Source: the human T2T-CHM13v2.0 reference genome, Homo sapiens. Taken from it: DNA of 64,000 nucleotides. The stretch lies in assembly GCF_009914755.1 (NCBI RefSeq), contig NC_060930.1. One strand, given 5' to 3'. A model generated the notes under the pieces. It saw nothing but the letters and a program-made list of their open reading frames with translations. It searched no databases and was not told the origin of the DNA. This document shows, one piece after another, positions 29,400-44,890 of the stretch (position 1 is the first letter of the stretch; every line of letters starts with the position of its first letter). Both the position numbers and the translations under genes were made by a program.

Positions 29400-29830
29400 T
29401 CTGCTCCCACCTCGCATCCCATGGCCCAGTGTCCCGTGAGCTGAGATTTGCCTTCTGCTGACGGTGTCCTGCCTCAGGTGCCAGGAGCACTGCTTTTTGC
29501 TTTTTTGTCTCTCTAGGAGCAGACTGAACATATTGCAACCTGTGAGTCGGAGGGGGGTCAACACCCCAGGGCCACCCTCTACCAGTGGGAATGGAAGCCA
29601 GTGGATAAATGGCCCTACTTCCTAGAAAAGTTCCAGGGGGCATTCTGGATGCTTCTTGGGAGGCCTCAGCAGAATGAAGCCCCTGTTACCTGTAGCCATG
29701 ACCTTCTACACACACTCTTCAATAATACACCCACCTCACTCTCCCTCCTCCTAGGATCACTTCCCAATAAACTACCTGCACACAACTCCTTGTCTCAGCC
29801 TCTGTTTTTGGAAATATCTAAATTTAGACA
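29400..29830 (+). mobile_element. LTR16-like ERVL solo LTR
   Basis: tgggaatggaagccagtggataaat...tcacttcccaataaactacctgcacacaactccttgtctcag. Confidence 0.6.
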
Positions 29831-29834
29831 CCTA

Positions 29835-30190
29835 TTACATTAGTCTGGTAGGGCTGCCATAAGAAAGTACCACAGACTGGGTGGCTTCAACAGCAGAAAT
29901 CTATTCTCTCCCTGATCTGGAGACTGGAAGTCCAAGATGTTGTCAGGGAGGTTTCCTCTGAGGCCGCTCTCGGCTCCAAGATGGCTGCCTCTTCACCTGG
30001 TCGTCCCTCTGTCATAAGCTCACCGGGTGTCTTTTCCTTCAGACTGGATTTGGGCTTACCCCAATGGCCTCTTTCAACTTAATCACCTCTTTAAAGGTTC
30101 ATTCTCCAAATACAGCCACATTCTGAGGCACTGGGGGTTATGACTTCAACATAGGAATTTAACGGGGACGTGGGGGTGGGCGTTTAGCCC
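29835..30190 (-). mobile_element. MLT1A-type MaLR LTR
   Basis: agggctgccataagaaagtaccacagactgggtggctt...ggaagtccaagat...cacattctgaggcactgggggtta. Confidence 0.82.
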
Positions 30191-30879
30191 AAGGCACCTG
30201 TGAAGGAGAAAAATCTGATTTAGAATACAAGCTACCCCAACATAATTGGCCTCAAGATTGTGGCTGTTTTCAAAAAACTCTTCCATCTTGTGTAGAACTC
30301 ACCTACTCTGGGGCCTTGGGGAGGGGGGTCTGTGAACATGGAGGCCATGGTGTTCGTTGGCCACCTCCTTTTAGATTAACTGCGCAGCCTGTGTCTTCAC
30401 TTCTGCTCTGTACATGGAGAAGACAGGGAAGGCAAGGCTGCTGCTTACCTGAAGGAGTTCAAAGTGTAAATAAGACAAGCCCATTAGATCTATCAGGGGA
30501 AAGCCGTTTAGGTTTGTTTGAGACAAGATATATGGTGTAGACCACAGACCTTACGTTTAGGGAAAGCGTACTTCTTCAGTGGGCTGAGTTTCTTGTAACA
30601 GAAGGTGTGGTCGGATGATTACAGCTGGGGTTGAATTAGATGATTTATGGAACAGCTTCTGCCCTGAAATTTTCTGATTGAGAGATGGATGTGGTCTGGA
30701 GTATGTGAAAATGGGATAGATGGAGGGAAGGTTAGGGGAGAGGTGAACAGGGCCTCTTCCAGGGTCTTGTGGAAGACCCTGTTCGACGTTTCCTCACGTA
30801 GACTGTCTGATGAGGCTCTTCCAGGGTGTGGTATGGCCAGGGTGTGTTAAATGTAGGGAGCACAAGGCAAGAAAGGGCT

Positions 30880-31170
30880 GCACCGAGCTGCTTCCTGCCT
30901 CAGGGCCTTTGCACTTGCTGTCCCATCTGCCTGGAATGGCCTTGCCTCACATCTTCATATGACCTTGGCTCCTTGTCATCTATTGACTCACCTGTCACTT
31001 CAGAAAAGCCCTTGCTACCATCTGGTCTGCCAGTCACTCTTTATCCTATTTTCATGTTTTATTAACATTCATCACCATCTGCAGTTAGACTCTTTTGTTT
31101 GCCTAGTGCCCACAATGTTGCCCGACGCTCACTAGGTGCTCTGTGAATATTTGCTAAATGAATGAAGAAC
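30880..31170. mobile_element. L2 3' fragment
   Basis: cctgcctcagggcctttgcacttgctg...gaatatttgctaaatgaatgaa. Confidence 0.7.
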
Positions 31171-31389
31171 TTGAAGGAAGCTGGCAGTGGGTGGACTCGC
31201 TGAGATTAAGGGGCATGGAAGATTACTCAAGGCAGCCTCAGCCCCTTTCTAATGTTTTGTTTTGTTTTTAAATTCAGACTCTGTGGACTCAGTTCAATTC
31301 ACACAATTGCCAAGTGCCTGTCTGTGTCGTGCATTATGCTAGTTAGATCCCAGGAATCAAATGAATTAGACCTGAAGGAGATTACAGAC

Positions 31390-31890
31390 CAGTTCTATGG
31401 TTCAGGTTGTTAATGTGGGCCCCTGGATAGAATTCTAGATATTACTTAATTTTTTTGTGTGACTACCCTCTAACTGAAATTTAGCGTTTTCTTCTAGTAT
31501 GAACGTAGGCACTAAACCACAGTAGAACTGGCAGTGTGTTTGACTGTCACCCATAGAAATAGATATTTTCATATCACATTACACTTGTTGCAGCTGTCTT
31601 GAAATATTGTTTATGCTCATCATGACTTCAAAATTACAGTAATTTTTGACCTGCTGCTGGATCTTTTTATTTCACGCACTAACACAGAAGAACATAGATT
31701 ACTGTATGATAAATTGCTTTTTAATATTTTGAATAGCTATATTTCAATACAAAGTGTTTCCTTTGTAATCCCATATATATATATATTTTCTTTTTTAAGA
31801 CATAAAAAAGCACTAGCCTGAGAAAAGGGGTCCAATAGACTTCATCAGGAGGCCAAAGGAGGCGTCTATGGCACGAAAACATGAATTCTG
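31390..31890. mobile_element. hAT-Charlie fossil (MER119-like)
   Basis: ctaactgaaatttagc...atattttcatatcacattac...ggggtccaatagacttcatcag. Confidence 0.5.
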
Positions 31891-33234
31891 GTGGAATTAT
31901 GTGAAAAGAGAAGTCCTATCACTCCTTAAAATCATGTTAATGAAGATTCCTATCAAATGTGGTCCCCACCCCCTGCTCTGGGTTTACTGCTTCCCTGTGA
32001 ATCTTCTCCACACTTTTGTTAATTTTGGGATGGAAGTTTGAGAGAGATACTTTTTTCATAGATAGGTTGGAAGTGATGCTCACCTTATCAGGACTGTAAG
32101 AGGATATTGCAAGCTTTGATGATTGAGCAGAAAAATCTTTGCACAGCTGGTCAGAACAAGCTTGTCCTGCCTTGTGGGAGGGACAGAGTTTTCCAAATGA
32201 TCTTTTGGTTAAGACCTTAATTAAAAACAGCCTAAATTCACTTGTGGCAAGAATTTATTAAAGGAAGATAACCATGAGCAAATCCACGTTGTGGTATAAG
32301 AAAAGGGAGCACCATCGTTAAAAAAGTCAGAGGCTTGAATTCTGGTGAACTTAGCACAAAGAAGCAAGAAAACTTTAGACTGGTTTCTTAACAGTTTGCT
32401 ATCTGTATAACTAGGGGTGAATTGATCTCAAAGACCTAAGAATCTGTGGACTTAAAGACACTGATTTGTGGCATAATTCGAGGTAGTTTAAACTGGAATA
32501 TCAAGGTGTCAGAAGAAAAATGTACAAGTAATACATCTCAGTTTCTTTTCTCCTACGCCACTTAAATCTTAGACCCACCGAAAGCTCTAAATGTATCAGT
32601 GGATTTTTCATTATTTCCAAAAATATTCTGCTTGCTCTTTCTGAATAAACTATAGAGAGAAACACAGGTTTCTCTTCAGGTGCCTTATTAAGTTTAACTG
32701 TTGTATAGTACAGCTTTGCTTCTTTGTTTCATTTAGGACCAGAAGGGGTCCAGGTAGCTGAATATCCCTTCCTTGCCCTGACATCCCCATTCACTGCAGC
32801 AAGCTTTATAATGCCTGTGGTCATCCTTGGTATGAATGAGCACTGGAGACCCCACCATGGGCAGTACTAAGCAGAATCAGGCTTCTGTTCATCAGAATGA
32901 ACAAAGGCACACGCATAAAATGAGAGCGTGGCAGATGGAGAGGGGTGGGGAGCCTAGAGGGTGACTGGCTGCAGGCCTCAGCAGTGGAGACAAGGGCACA
33001 GGAACATGGCGCCAGGGCCGACAGATTTGGCGTCAGCCGTGGATGCTCTGCATAGCACCCATCTGTAAATGGGTGTGGTCCTGGACAAGTGAGGTCCTGC
33101 TGGATTATTTAAGAATATTTTATGGTGAGTTGTATTTGTTCTTTCCAGCAACAGCTCTTTGAAGTAGTTTAGTGGTATATCCATTTTACAGTCAGCACTT
33201 CAGACTCAAGTTTGGTGATCACATGCCCCAAGTC

Positions 33235-33316
33235 TCCAACTCCTGGGCTCAAGCAATCTTCCTTCCTCAGCCTCCCAAAGTGCTGGGATTGCAGGCATGA
33301 GCCACTGCACCTGGCC
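33235..33316 (-). mobile_element. Tailless 5' Alu fragment (~82 nt)
   Basis: Alu 5' end only, flanked by direct repeat tgccccaagtc. Confidence 0.8.
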
Positions 33317-33509
33317 GATGTGCCCCAAGTCATGTAAAAAATTAATAGACAATGCAGAATATATGGGAGAATGACGTATTGCTGGGCCTTTTTGATTTGC
33401 TAGTGAGACCAGAACACTTTAACATACTAAAAGTTATAGCTGGTTAGCAAGCCAACTTTTTAACTTCAAAAGATAGGGAAAAATAAGCATTATTAAAACT
33501 CATTGACTT

Positions 33510-33986
<477 letters not shown>

Positions 33987-33990
33987 CTAA

Positions 33991-34327
<337 letters not shown>

Positions 34328-34378
34328 TAGAGGAATGTTTGACTTTAGCACATTTCTGGTAAAATCAAGATTCTAGAT

Positions 34379-34489
34379 CGGGGTGTCCAATCTTTTGGCT
34401 TCCCTGGGCCACGTTGGAAGAAGACTTCTTGGGCCACACATAAAATACCCTAACACTAACAATAGCTGATGAGCTAGGAAACACACACA

Positions 34490-34523
<34 letters not shown>

Positions 34524-34625
34524 AATTTTGTAACGTTTTAAGAAACTTCGTGAATTTCTGTTGGGATGCATTCAAAGCTGTCTTGGGCCACATGCGGCCC
34601 GTGGGCCGGAGGTTGGACAAGCTTG
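34379..34625. mobile_element. MER30 (hAT-Charlie) containing a (CA)n(GA)n microsatellite
   Basis: ggggtgtccaatcttttggcttccctgggccac...gttggacaagcttg; 8-bp TSD ttctaga(t/c). Confidence 0.88.
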
Positions 34626-34863
34626 TTCTAGACGTTCTTCCTCTGTCTCTCTATGTTAGATGCTTTCCCACGTTAGCAGTCCTTTTCCCCTCCTCTCTTA
34701 AATGACCAAGCAGGACTAGGAAAGCATAAAGGCAATGAGAACACGCTGCCTGGGATTTAAGCCCTTGAATTCCAATAAGGTTCTAATATGGACTTCTACT
34801 AAAGCATAATGGTTAATTCCATTTAGAGAGTGGGGAACATCTTTCATACTTTTTAAAACATCA

Positions 34864-35160
34864 GGCCAGGTGCAGAGGCTCATACCTGTAATCCCAGTGC
34901 TGTGGGAGGCTGAGGTGGGAGGATCACCTGAAGCCAGGAGTTTGAAACCAGCCTGGGCAGCACAGTGAGACCCCATCTCCACGAGAATGTTAAAAATTAG
35001 CCAGGTGTGGTGGCATGTACCTGTAATCCCAGCTATTTGGGAGGCTGAAGTATGAGGATCCCTTGAGCCCAGGAGTTCAAGGCTGCAGTGGTTGCAGTAA
35101 GCTGTGATTGTGCTGCTGCACTCCAGCTTGGGCGCAGAGTAAGACTCAGTCTCTTAAAAA
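34864..35160 (+). mobile_element. AluJ
   Basis: cttgagcccaggagttcaaggctgcagtg diagnostic. Confidence 0.9.
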
Positions 35161-36069
35161 TTTAAAGTCATTATTCCCAGGTGGAGTGTACTACTGAGAA
35201 ATAGAAGTCCCTTGGTTGGACCTAGCTTATAAGAAACTTCAAAGCAGTCATTGCCAACTACAGGTGATGATTGGTAATTTGAGCAAAATTTGATAGCTTT
35301 TGAAATGGCATCAATTTAAAAGAAGTAGTTTTTGTTTCTTGATCCGGGGCAAGGCTATTATTCTGGTTTCCAATACCCTTTATCCATCTGAAGAGCATCA
35401 AAATTGGCGGGTGCCAATCAAGTTTGGAAATGGAACTGAGCAGCATAGTAACCTATAGAAAATTCATGAATATAGAAAATTCAAGATCATACATTAAAGA
35501 ATTGTCTTTTTTTTTTCAAAAAAATTTTTTTTCTAAAAATGTAGTGTTATATTAAAATGTAGTGAATATTATAATAATTCTAAAAATGTAGTGTTTATAT
35601 TGTTTTCCTGCTTAAGTTAGGCCAAAGTTGGTAAAATGCATTTTAGAACCCTATTTTTGTTAAGGAGAGCACAGAGCCACTGGTTTAGAGAAGTTTGTAA
35701 TATCCAGAGGATGAAGAAAACGGACACTTGTCATTCTGAGTTCACGGGAACGGGAGAAACTGAACCCTTTTAGGTTGATCATCAGCTTGATGTGAAGGGA
35801 CTTGAGAGATTCTCTAATCTATTCTTTCCTTTAACTGGTTAGGAAGCAGAGTCCAAGAGAAATGCCCTGCCCAGGGTCTGGCAGAACTGATGGAGAGCAG
35901 CCTTCGTGGCTACCACCTTCCCATAAAGTCTGTGCTCTCCAGCGGCGCTTGGTAATAAGATTTATTTAATGACACGTGTAACTCTAAGACTATTTGTGAT
36001 GGCGAATACCACAGATTTGACTGGGTAATGTGATATTTGTTATTTGCTTTAAGTTAACTTTAGCCTTTA

Positions 36070-36280
36070 GCACAGTGTGATGGAAAGGGCACCAAACTTG
36101 TGATCTAGAAGACTTGGGTTCAAGTTTCAGATTTGAATTAGCTTTGCTTCTGCAAATCTGAGGACCCTATTTTCTTAATCCATGAAATGGGAATAATAAT
36201 ACTCACCCAATTTACCTTACACAGTCGTGAGGATTCATTGTAATGGGCTTTGTAAAAATATAAAGTGCTATATAAACATA
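36070..36280. mobile_element. MIR
   Basis: gacttgggttcaag...gaaatgggaataataatac...gtgaggatt. Confidence 0.65.
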
Positions 36281-37556
36281 AGGGTGTTAATCTCCTGTCT
36301 TTGGTGACAGGCTAAAAAGACATACTTGTTTCAAATTTTGGATACTCTAATTTGCATAATCTTACACATTCTCTTTCTCTATTTTTAACTCTATGTTTTC
36401 CCCATCAGATTTTTTTCTGTTAGGAGTTACAATATCTCTCTTCAACTGGGCTTTGTCTCAAGGTGTATAAACTTAAAGCATTATCTCCGGTGCAGTTTGT
36501 CAGTGTCTCGGCATATTTGAAATTTTTAGTACTGCATTTGGTATATGAAAGCTGCATCCTATGTAAGACCATAGGATATTTAAACAGATGTTCAAATTTC
36601 TATTGTGAAAATCCTAGCTCATTCCTTGCTAGAGATGAAGCACTGAGGACAGTACAATCACCACCTTAAAACAAACCACCTAAGCACAGCTTTGGCTGCA
36701 CAGATTGGAAGGGAATCTGGTAATTACACTCTTTAGTTCTTCTGTGAATATAACCAATCTGGGCAATTTGGGCACCAGAGTGGATTTTTAGGCATGAATT
36801 ATCTGGTTAAGTTAGCCAGATAATTGCCAGCTGTCTCCCGTGCTTTCTGCTCTGGAGACCCCAGCCGGAGTAATTGTCTTCTGTTTACTCATGCAAGCAA
36901 GTTGCTGGTTTCCATTTTCAAACAAAAACTAACTGCATGTTAGAATGGTATTTTAATTGAGCTATTTTTGTTGCTGATTCAGAGATTCCCCCACCCTTTG
37001 CCAAAGGAGTTGCCCAGATTAGAACCCATTAATTTAGTTGATTTGGGGGGTTCCTTGTTGACTTTGGGGAAGACATAAATATTATAAAAGAGATTTAGAA
37101 GTTGATGGTATAAGGTTTTCCGAAACATTCAAAACTTATCTCAAATTCTGACCAAACATTTTTCTACTAATTTTCCTAACTAAATGGAAACTCCAGCTGT
37201 ATAAATAATGATTTTTGTTTGAAAACATTTTTTCTCTTGATTTTAGAACCATCGAGGGAATTAAATTATAAATAAGTAGCAGGAAAGAACAACTTTGTCA
37301 ATGTGAAACAGAATGCAAAATTACTCACATTTTGAACTGAGTTCCAGAATGTAAAGCAACGCTTTAGCATGGGCTGCTGAAGCGAGCTGCTCTTTAGGGA
37401 GGAGGAGGAGGCTTACTGAGACATTTTGTTTGTTTCTTTATTTTATTTATTAATGTATTTGCCATTTCTCCATTAGATCTGATTTTAATACTGTAAGTCT
37501 TTCCACTGATTACAAGTGCAGTGACATGTCCCTCTGCAACCATCATTTTCCTCCCA

Positions 37557-37853
37557 TTTTTTCTTTTCTCTTTTTTAAAGAGACAGGGTCTCTGTCACCC
37601 AGGCTTGCATACAGTGGCGTGATCATAGCTCACTGCAGTCTCAAACTCTTGAGTTCAAGTGATCCTCCCACCTCAGCCTCCTGAGTAACTAGGACTAGGT
37701 GCATGCCACCAAAGCCTGGCTAATTTTTTAAATTTCTTTGTAGAGAGGGGTCTCACTATGTTGCCCAGGCTGGTGTCAAACTCCTGGGCTCAATCCTCCT
37801 GCCTCGGCCTCCCAGAACATTGGGGTTACAAGCATGAGCCACTGTACCTGGCC
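37557..37853 (-). mobile_element. AluJ
   Basis: gatcatagctcactgcag diagnostic; short TSD. Confidence 0.88.
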
Positions 37854-38900
37854 CTCCTCCAATTTTTTCTTAAGAAAAAAGAGAATTCATACTTCATTTA
37901 CCTGACAGTCCTCATCCCATTTAAGTGTATACAATGGAAATACGTACATTTATGACCAATATTGGTCTCTTTCTTTCTGTAGGTTTGAGTTTTGATTATA
38001 GACTTCGATGGAGAAAGCAATGGCGCCACAACCCAGCCAGGGTGCCCTGCCAGGACTTCCTCATCTCTTGCAGTGAAACCCCCTTATCAAACATTACGTG
38101 CTATCTGGCCCCCTTTGTCATACTTTCTTGCACTCCACTTACTACATATCAAGGATTTGCCATGTTGTGGAAAAGTTGGTTTCATAACATATTTTGAACT
38201 CTTATTTAAGGGAGTTGTTTTTCTTATATTCTTCATTCCACAAATACTTAACCAAGGCATATTTTGCCACAGGTACATGACTTCCAAAGAAATCATAACT
38301 ATAGTTATCCAAAAAAATTAAAATAATTTAGTAATGTCCACATCGTCTTAAACACTCTTCCAGAATGTTCCAAAGGAACAAATGGTTGCAGTGACTTTTA
38401 ACTTTAGCCCCAGCCTACTTCCAGCTAAGGCAGTTCTCACTGCAGATATATGTATTCATTGGTCCAAAGAAAGAGAGAGGAAAACTTGGCTCCCGAGTAT
38501 TTAGAGTGAATGATTCACGATTCTGTACATGGGAGTCTTGGCTCCTTCTCTGTCTCTCAGGCTTTTTGGTAGGAAGTCAATGATACCAGTAGAAAAAAGG
38601 CTGTTTTTCTGACTTAGGATTTGGTCCGCTCTCTGCAACCCACTAGAGAAACTGAAGTTTTCTTTCCATAATGATCTGAAGTGTTGATAGTTACCATCTC
38701 TGTAAAAGCTCATTAAAAAATGACTTATTTTCCTTTGGAAGGAGAGGTCACATGCTGGAGCTAGCAGTGGAATATCAGGACCAAGGATCATAAGCCTCCT
38801 GCTGTAACTCTGGTTTCCAGATTTATTTGAGCCTACTTCTGCCAGAAGTAAATTTGGTGGGCATCTTGAATGGAGAAATGAACAGATGATCAAGGAGAGG

Positions 38901-39031
38901 GAAAAGGGTCAGGAGTAGGGGTGGGAAGACCCCAAAATCCAGTGAAAAGGGTCAGGGGTAGGGGTGGGAAGCCCCAAAATCCAGTGTGGCAGATAAGGGG
39001 AGGCCCAAAATCCAGTGTGGCAGACAAGGGG
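38901..39031. repeat. Overlapping tandem duplications (~43 bp x2, ~31 bp x2)
   Basis: cccaaaatccagtg at 38931, 38973 and 39004. Confidence 0.88.
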
Positions 39032-39049
39032 TGAGGGCATCCGAAACAC

Positions 39050-39975
<926 letters not shown>

Positions 39976-40711
39976 GGATTGACGCGGATCCTTTCTTTGA
40001 CCCATCCGCATGTCACCCAACCTTTTTTTTTTTTTGCTAACCAGCAGTTTGCTCAACAGGCCTCATCCTCATTCATCACTGGGTCTCCTTTTGCTGTTTG
40101 CAGAGTCTGCCTGCCCCTTTGGTGTTGGCTTTGGCTAGAGAAAGGAGCATATTTGTTTTGCTACTGACCTGGTTGGACATGCATGCCAGCCTGTTTATGA
40201 GGTGCTTTCTCTGGCTGAGGGAGTCAGGGGCTGTGCAACTGTATTCTTTAGTGTGAAGGTGAGCCAACACAGCGAAGTATGCTCGCCCTGCCTCCTCCAG
40301 AAACAATCTGCCTTTGAGTCTTTTCATTCTCCTGGTAACCGTCTTCTTAATAGCTGTGGCTTCATCTAAATGAAAAATTTATCTTGTGCTGCTTACCCAA
40401 AGGAGAGGCTCCTCACATGTCAGATATTATTTCACCAATTATCTCAGTAACTTCTGTGCTTTTTATTCCTGAAAGCAAAGTTGAGAATGATGCAGGTTTC
40501 CACAACATGCGGTGTTTCGTGCATTTTTATCCTTACGTAGTTACAAGAAACAAAGCAAAATTTAGAATTATTTGAAGTACTTTTAACACCCTCAATTTGA
40601 TATGTTGTGTGTATATTTATATCTGGACACAATTCTTTTCATTGAACGGTATAGACAAAGCATTTAGAGGACAGTTAAGTTTCTCCAATAATCATGTTTA
40701 AACATATCTCA

Positions 40712-41006
<295 letters not shown>

Positions 41007-41481
41007 TCTCAAATCTATTTTTTAAATTTAACCTTTGAAACATTTGTGTAACGCAGGTGGCTCATGGGCACCACCATCTTCTTTTGGCAGATGAGGAAAC
41101 AAACCTGTCTGTCAACACAGAAAGCTGGGTCTGCTCAAGAATTGCTGTGGGGTACAGTGGCAATAGCAGGGACAAGAGGGATGCAGGGGTCCTGTCTTCG
41201 TGTCTGTGGACCAGCCCTTCTCAAAGTCCACGGCTGCCCCTCTTGGCTCCATTCTTTGTCTCTTCATGGAATTGTTCTGTGGGAATAGTCTGCATATAGT
41301 GATTCTGCATTCCAACATCTAACTTCCCTGTGCCTTCCTATTTACAAGACACAGTTTCTTGACCTGAAATCCCCAGTTTGGGATTATTAATAACATTTTT
41401 TTGTAACCTGTAGTGCTTCAGATACTGTCTCAGCCTATGTGAATTCTGGTAGCATTATTGCCTTATAGAAATTATTTGACA

Positions 41482-41680
41482 GGCCAGATGCAGTGGCTCA
41501 TACCCATAATCCCAGTGCTTTGGGAAGCTGAGGTGGGCTGATTGGTTGAGCCCAGGAGTTCGAGATCAGCCTGGGCAACATAGCCAGACCCCTATCTCTT
41601 CAAAAAAATTTAACAGGGCATGGTGGTGCACGCCTGTAGTCTTAGTTACTCGGGAGAGCGAGAACCCATCTCTGAAAAGA
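41482..41680 (+). mobile_element. Internally deleted AluJ-like element
   Basis: Left arm plus partial right arm. Confidence 0.75.
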
Positions 41681-41953
41681 GCAATGCTAGAGGTAAGAAA
41701 GTCTATCTTTGTTTTTTTAAGCTGGTATTCCCATTCTGCCCCCCAATTTATCTTCACCCCTTTCAAGGTGAGTGCTTTGTGATGGCCCTAACATTTATTT
41801 AGTCTAAACAAAAGAAAAATTATTTGAGAGTTAATTGTGTGTGTCTGTACTGCATGTCTTCCGTCAAATTAAAAGTTAACTATTGCATTTTATTTATTTT
41901 ACCTTAATTTCATATCAAGTACTTTCATACTTTTTAGCTTTTAAAATGACAGA

Positions 41954-42230
41954 GGCTGGGCTCAGTGTCTCACTCCTGTAATCCCAGCACCTTGAGAGGC
42001 CGAGGTGGGAGGATTACTGAAGCCCAGGAGTTCAAGACCAGTCTGGGCAACATAGTGAAACCAGGTCTCTACAAAAAAAAATTAGTCAGGCATGGTGGTG
42101 TGCGCCCATGTTCCCAGCTACTTGGAAGGCTGAGCCCAGGAGGCAGAGGCTGCAGTTAGCTGTGTTTGTGCCTCTACACTCTAGCCTGGGCAGCAGAGCA
42201 AGACCTAGTCTTGAAAAATAAATATAAAAT
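41954..42230 (+). mobile_element. AluJ
   Basis: Alu consensus with a small right-arm deletion. Confidence 0.88.
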
Positions 42231-43232
42231 AATAGAATGCTCTTCCCAGCTAGATTGTAAGGTTTTTATATGTTAGTGTCCCCATGGTATATTGTATGTT
42301 GTAGGTACATGCCCCTATTTATTATATGTTATGGTGTTTTTAGGCAATGAGATTTTTAATATTAGCTACTCATGATTCGCAACAAGTTCGGTCTTTATGA
42401 AATAAACTTCATTCAAATCTTTGAATTCCATTTTTAAGTGCAGCTACAGTTGATACCTTAGACAAATGAAAGATTTGTCTACTTCTTAGTTCATTCCTAC
42501 AGAAAATAAGAACATCTAGTATCTAATATGATCCCTCGTGGGCCCTCAAGAAATACTAGTCTTTTTTAGAAAGTCTAGTCGTGGGTCTGTTTCTCTTTAT
42601 TCCATTGTGTCTGCCTGCCTTGTTATTGCTGTGTCTAGAAGAAAATGAAGAAAATTAGCATGGCTCCTTTCGTTGCTGTTTTGTACAACTTTTGTATCCT
42701 CACTCAGAAGCAAGATCCTTGGAAATGAAATGCTATGTCAAAAACCAGACGAAAAAAACACAACAACAACAGAAAACACATTTTTTATAACTACTCGATT
42801 CAAGATTTTGTTGCTAGGTCTTGGAAAATGTTGTATGTCAACCCAAAGGTCTTGGGAAGTCCCCCTGAGTCATGAATGGGTGTGGTAGGACTGGGATGTG
42901 GACCTCTGGGCTTTGCTTCTGATGATAACTTCTCCTAGGGCAGCAGTCATGCTGGGGACAGCCGTTTTGTCTGTTTATCTCTAGGCCTTGCACTGTCCCT
43001 GTCATATAATAGATGCTCAATACATGTCTTTTGAACTGAACTGCATTGGCCTGGCCATGGTTTAAGCATTTGGACCAATAACACCCTGAGTGTCAAGTTC
43101 CTCCTCAGTCGGGCTGGAGAGTCGAGAGCGGGTCATGGTGAGTTGGTCTTTTTGTGTAAGAATCCCTAGTGGCAGCAGCGCCTTGTACTTAAAAATAGAA
43201 TACTACCAACATCATCTTCCTTCCCAGGATGA

Positions 43233-43517
<285 letters not shown>

Positions 43518-43681
43518 TCTCCATTTTCTAAGACATGCGTTTTTTCATTTGTACATACGTATCTTAGCATTGATACCCCCTCTACATTTGTTTATAAAAC
43601 AGTGGTACATCTTGTAATCAGTAGCTTCTTAGAACTGAGGAATTCGTTTTGTCATCACTCTGAAGGGCAGTTTAGCCAGTA

Positions 43682-44227
43682 CAGTAAGTCTTCACTCCAT
43701 AGGTTCTTGGAAATTGCAATTTTAAATGAATGAGATATCATGAAAGCAATTTGACCATAGGCTAATTGATATACATAAGACTTAAGTTCCTTCCAAAATA
43801 CGTACAATGTTAAACACTGAAATAAAGGTAAGCTATACATACATTTAAGAAAGATTAATTTAAAAACAAGTAAGATGATTATTTAATCAGTTATTCCAGC
43901 TCGGGGTTTCTGGTGGATGGAGCCTGTCCCAGCAGCTCAGGGTGCAAGGCAGGGCACCAGCCCTGGACAGGATGCCATCCCATCACAGAGCACATTCGTA
44001 CACAGCCAGAGTCACTCAGACTGGGACAGTGTAGACATGCCACTTTGCCTCATGTGCACAGCTTTGGGGTGTGGGAGGAACCCTGAGGACCCAGAGAAAA
44101 CCCACGCGGATGTGGGGAAAACGTGGAAACTCCACCGATAGTGGCCATGGCCAGGAATCCTTTTTTTTTTCCTCATTAATGTTATAACAAAATGACATTG
44201 AATGAAATGTTATTCAAGGACCTGCTG
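43682..44227. mobile_element. MER6/MER6A (Tigger-class) element
   Basis: TA|cagtaagtcttc ... gttattcaaggacctgctg|TA; internal tgtgggaggaaccctgaggacccagagaaaacccacgc block. Confidence 0.8.
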
Positions 44228-44586
44228 TAGTTACAAATTGGTTATTAGACGGGTTGAAGTCTCTGCTTGGCCACTTTCTAGCTGACGTTAAGTTTCTCAT
44301 CTGACTTAAAAGTCCAGGAAAGACGAAATGATATTATTTAGCACAGCAGCCTGACTTATAGTAGAGCATCAGTACATATTACCTATAGTTGTTTTCATGA
44401 AACTATTTCACCAGAAGTTTAGGGATTTATCCTCAAAGGCATTAGGAGTGCCTACACGGCACATAAGGGCATTGTTTTGTATCATACCACAAGTAGCACT
44501 TAAGGTTGGAATCATTGCTGACCCCAATGTAAAATGCCTCTTTCTGGACCAGAAAATGGAAAGTGAAATTTGCAATTCATCCCATG

Positions 44587-44890
<304 letters not shown>

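Noticed and set aside
38931-39017. CRISPR-like repeat-spacer pattern
   Set aside because: The intervening sequences are themselves duplicated, repeats are only 14 bp, and the context is a primate intron.
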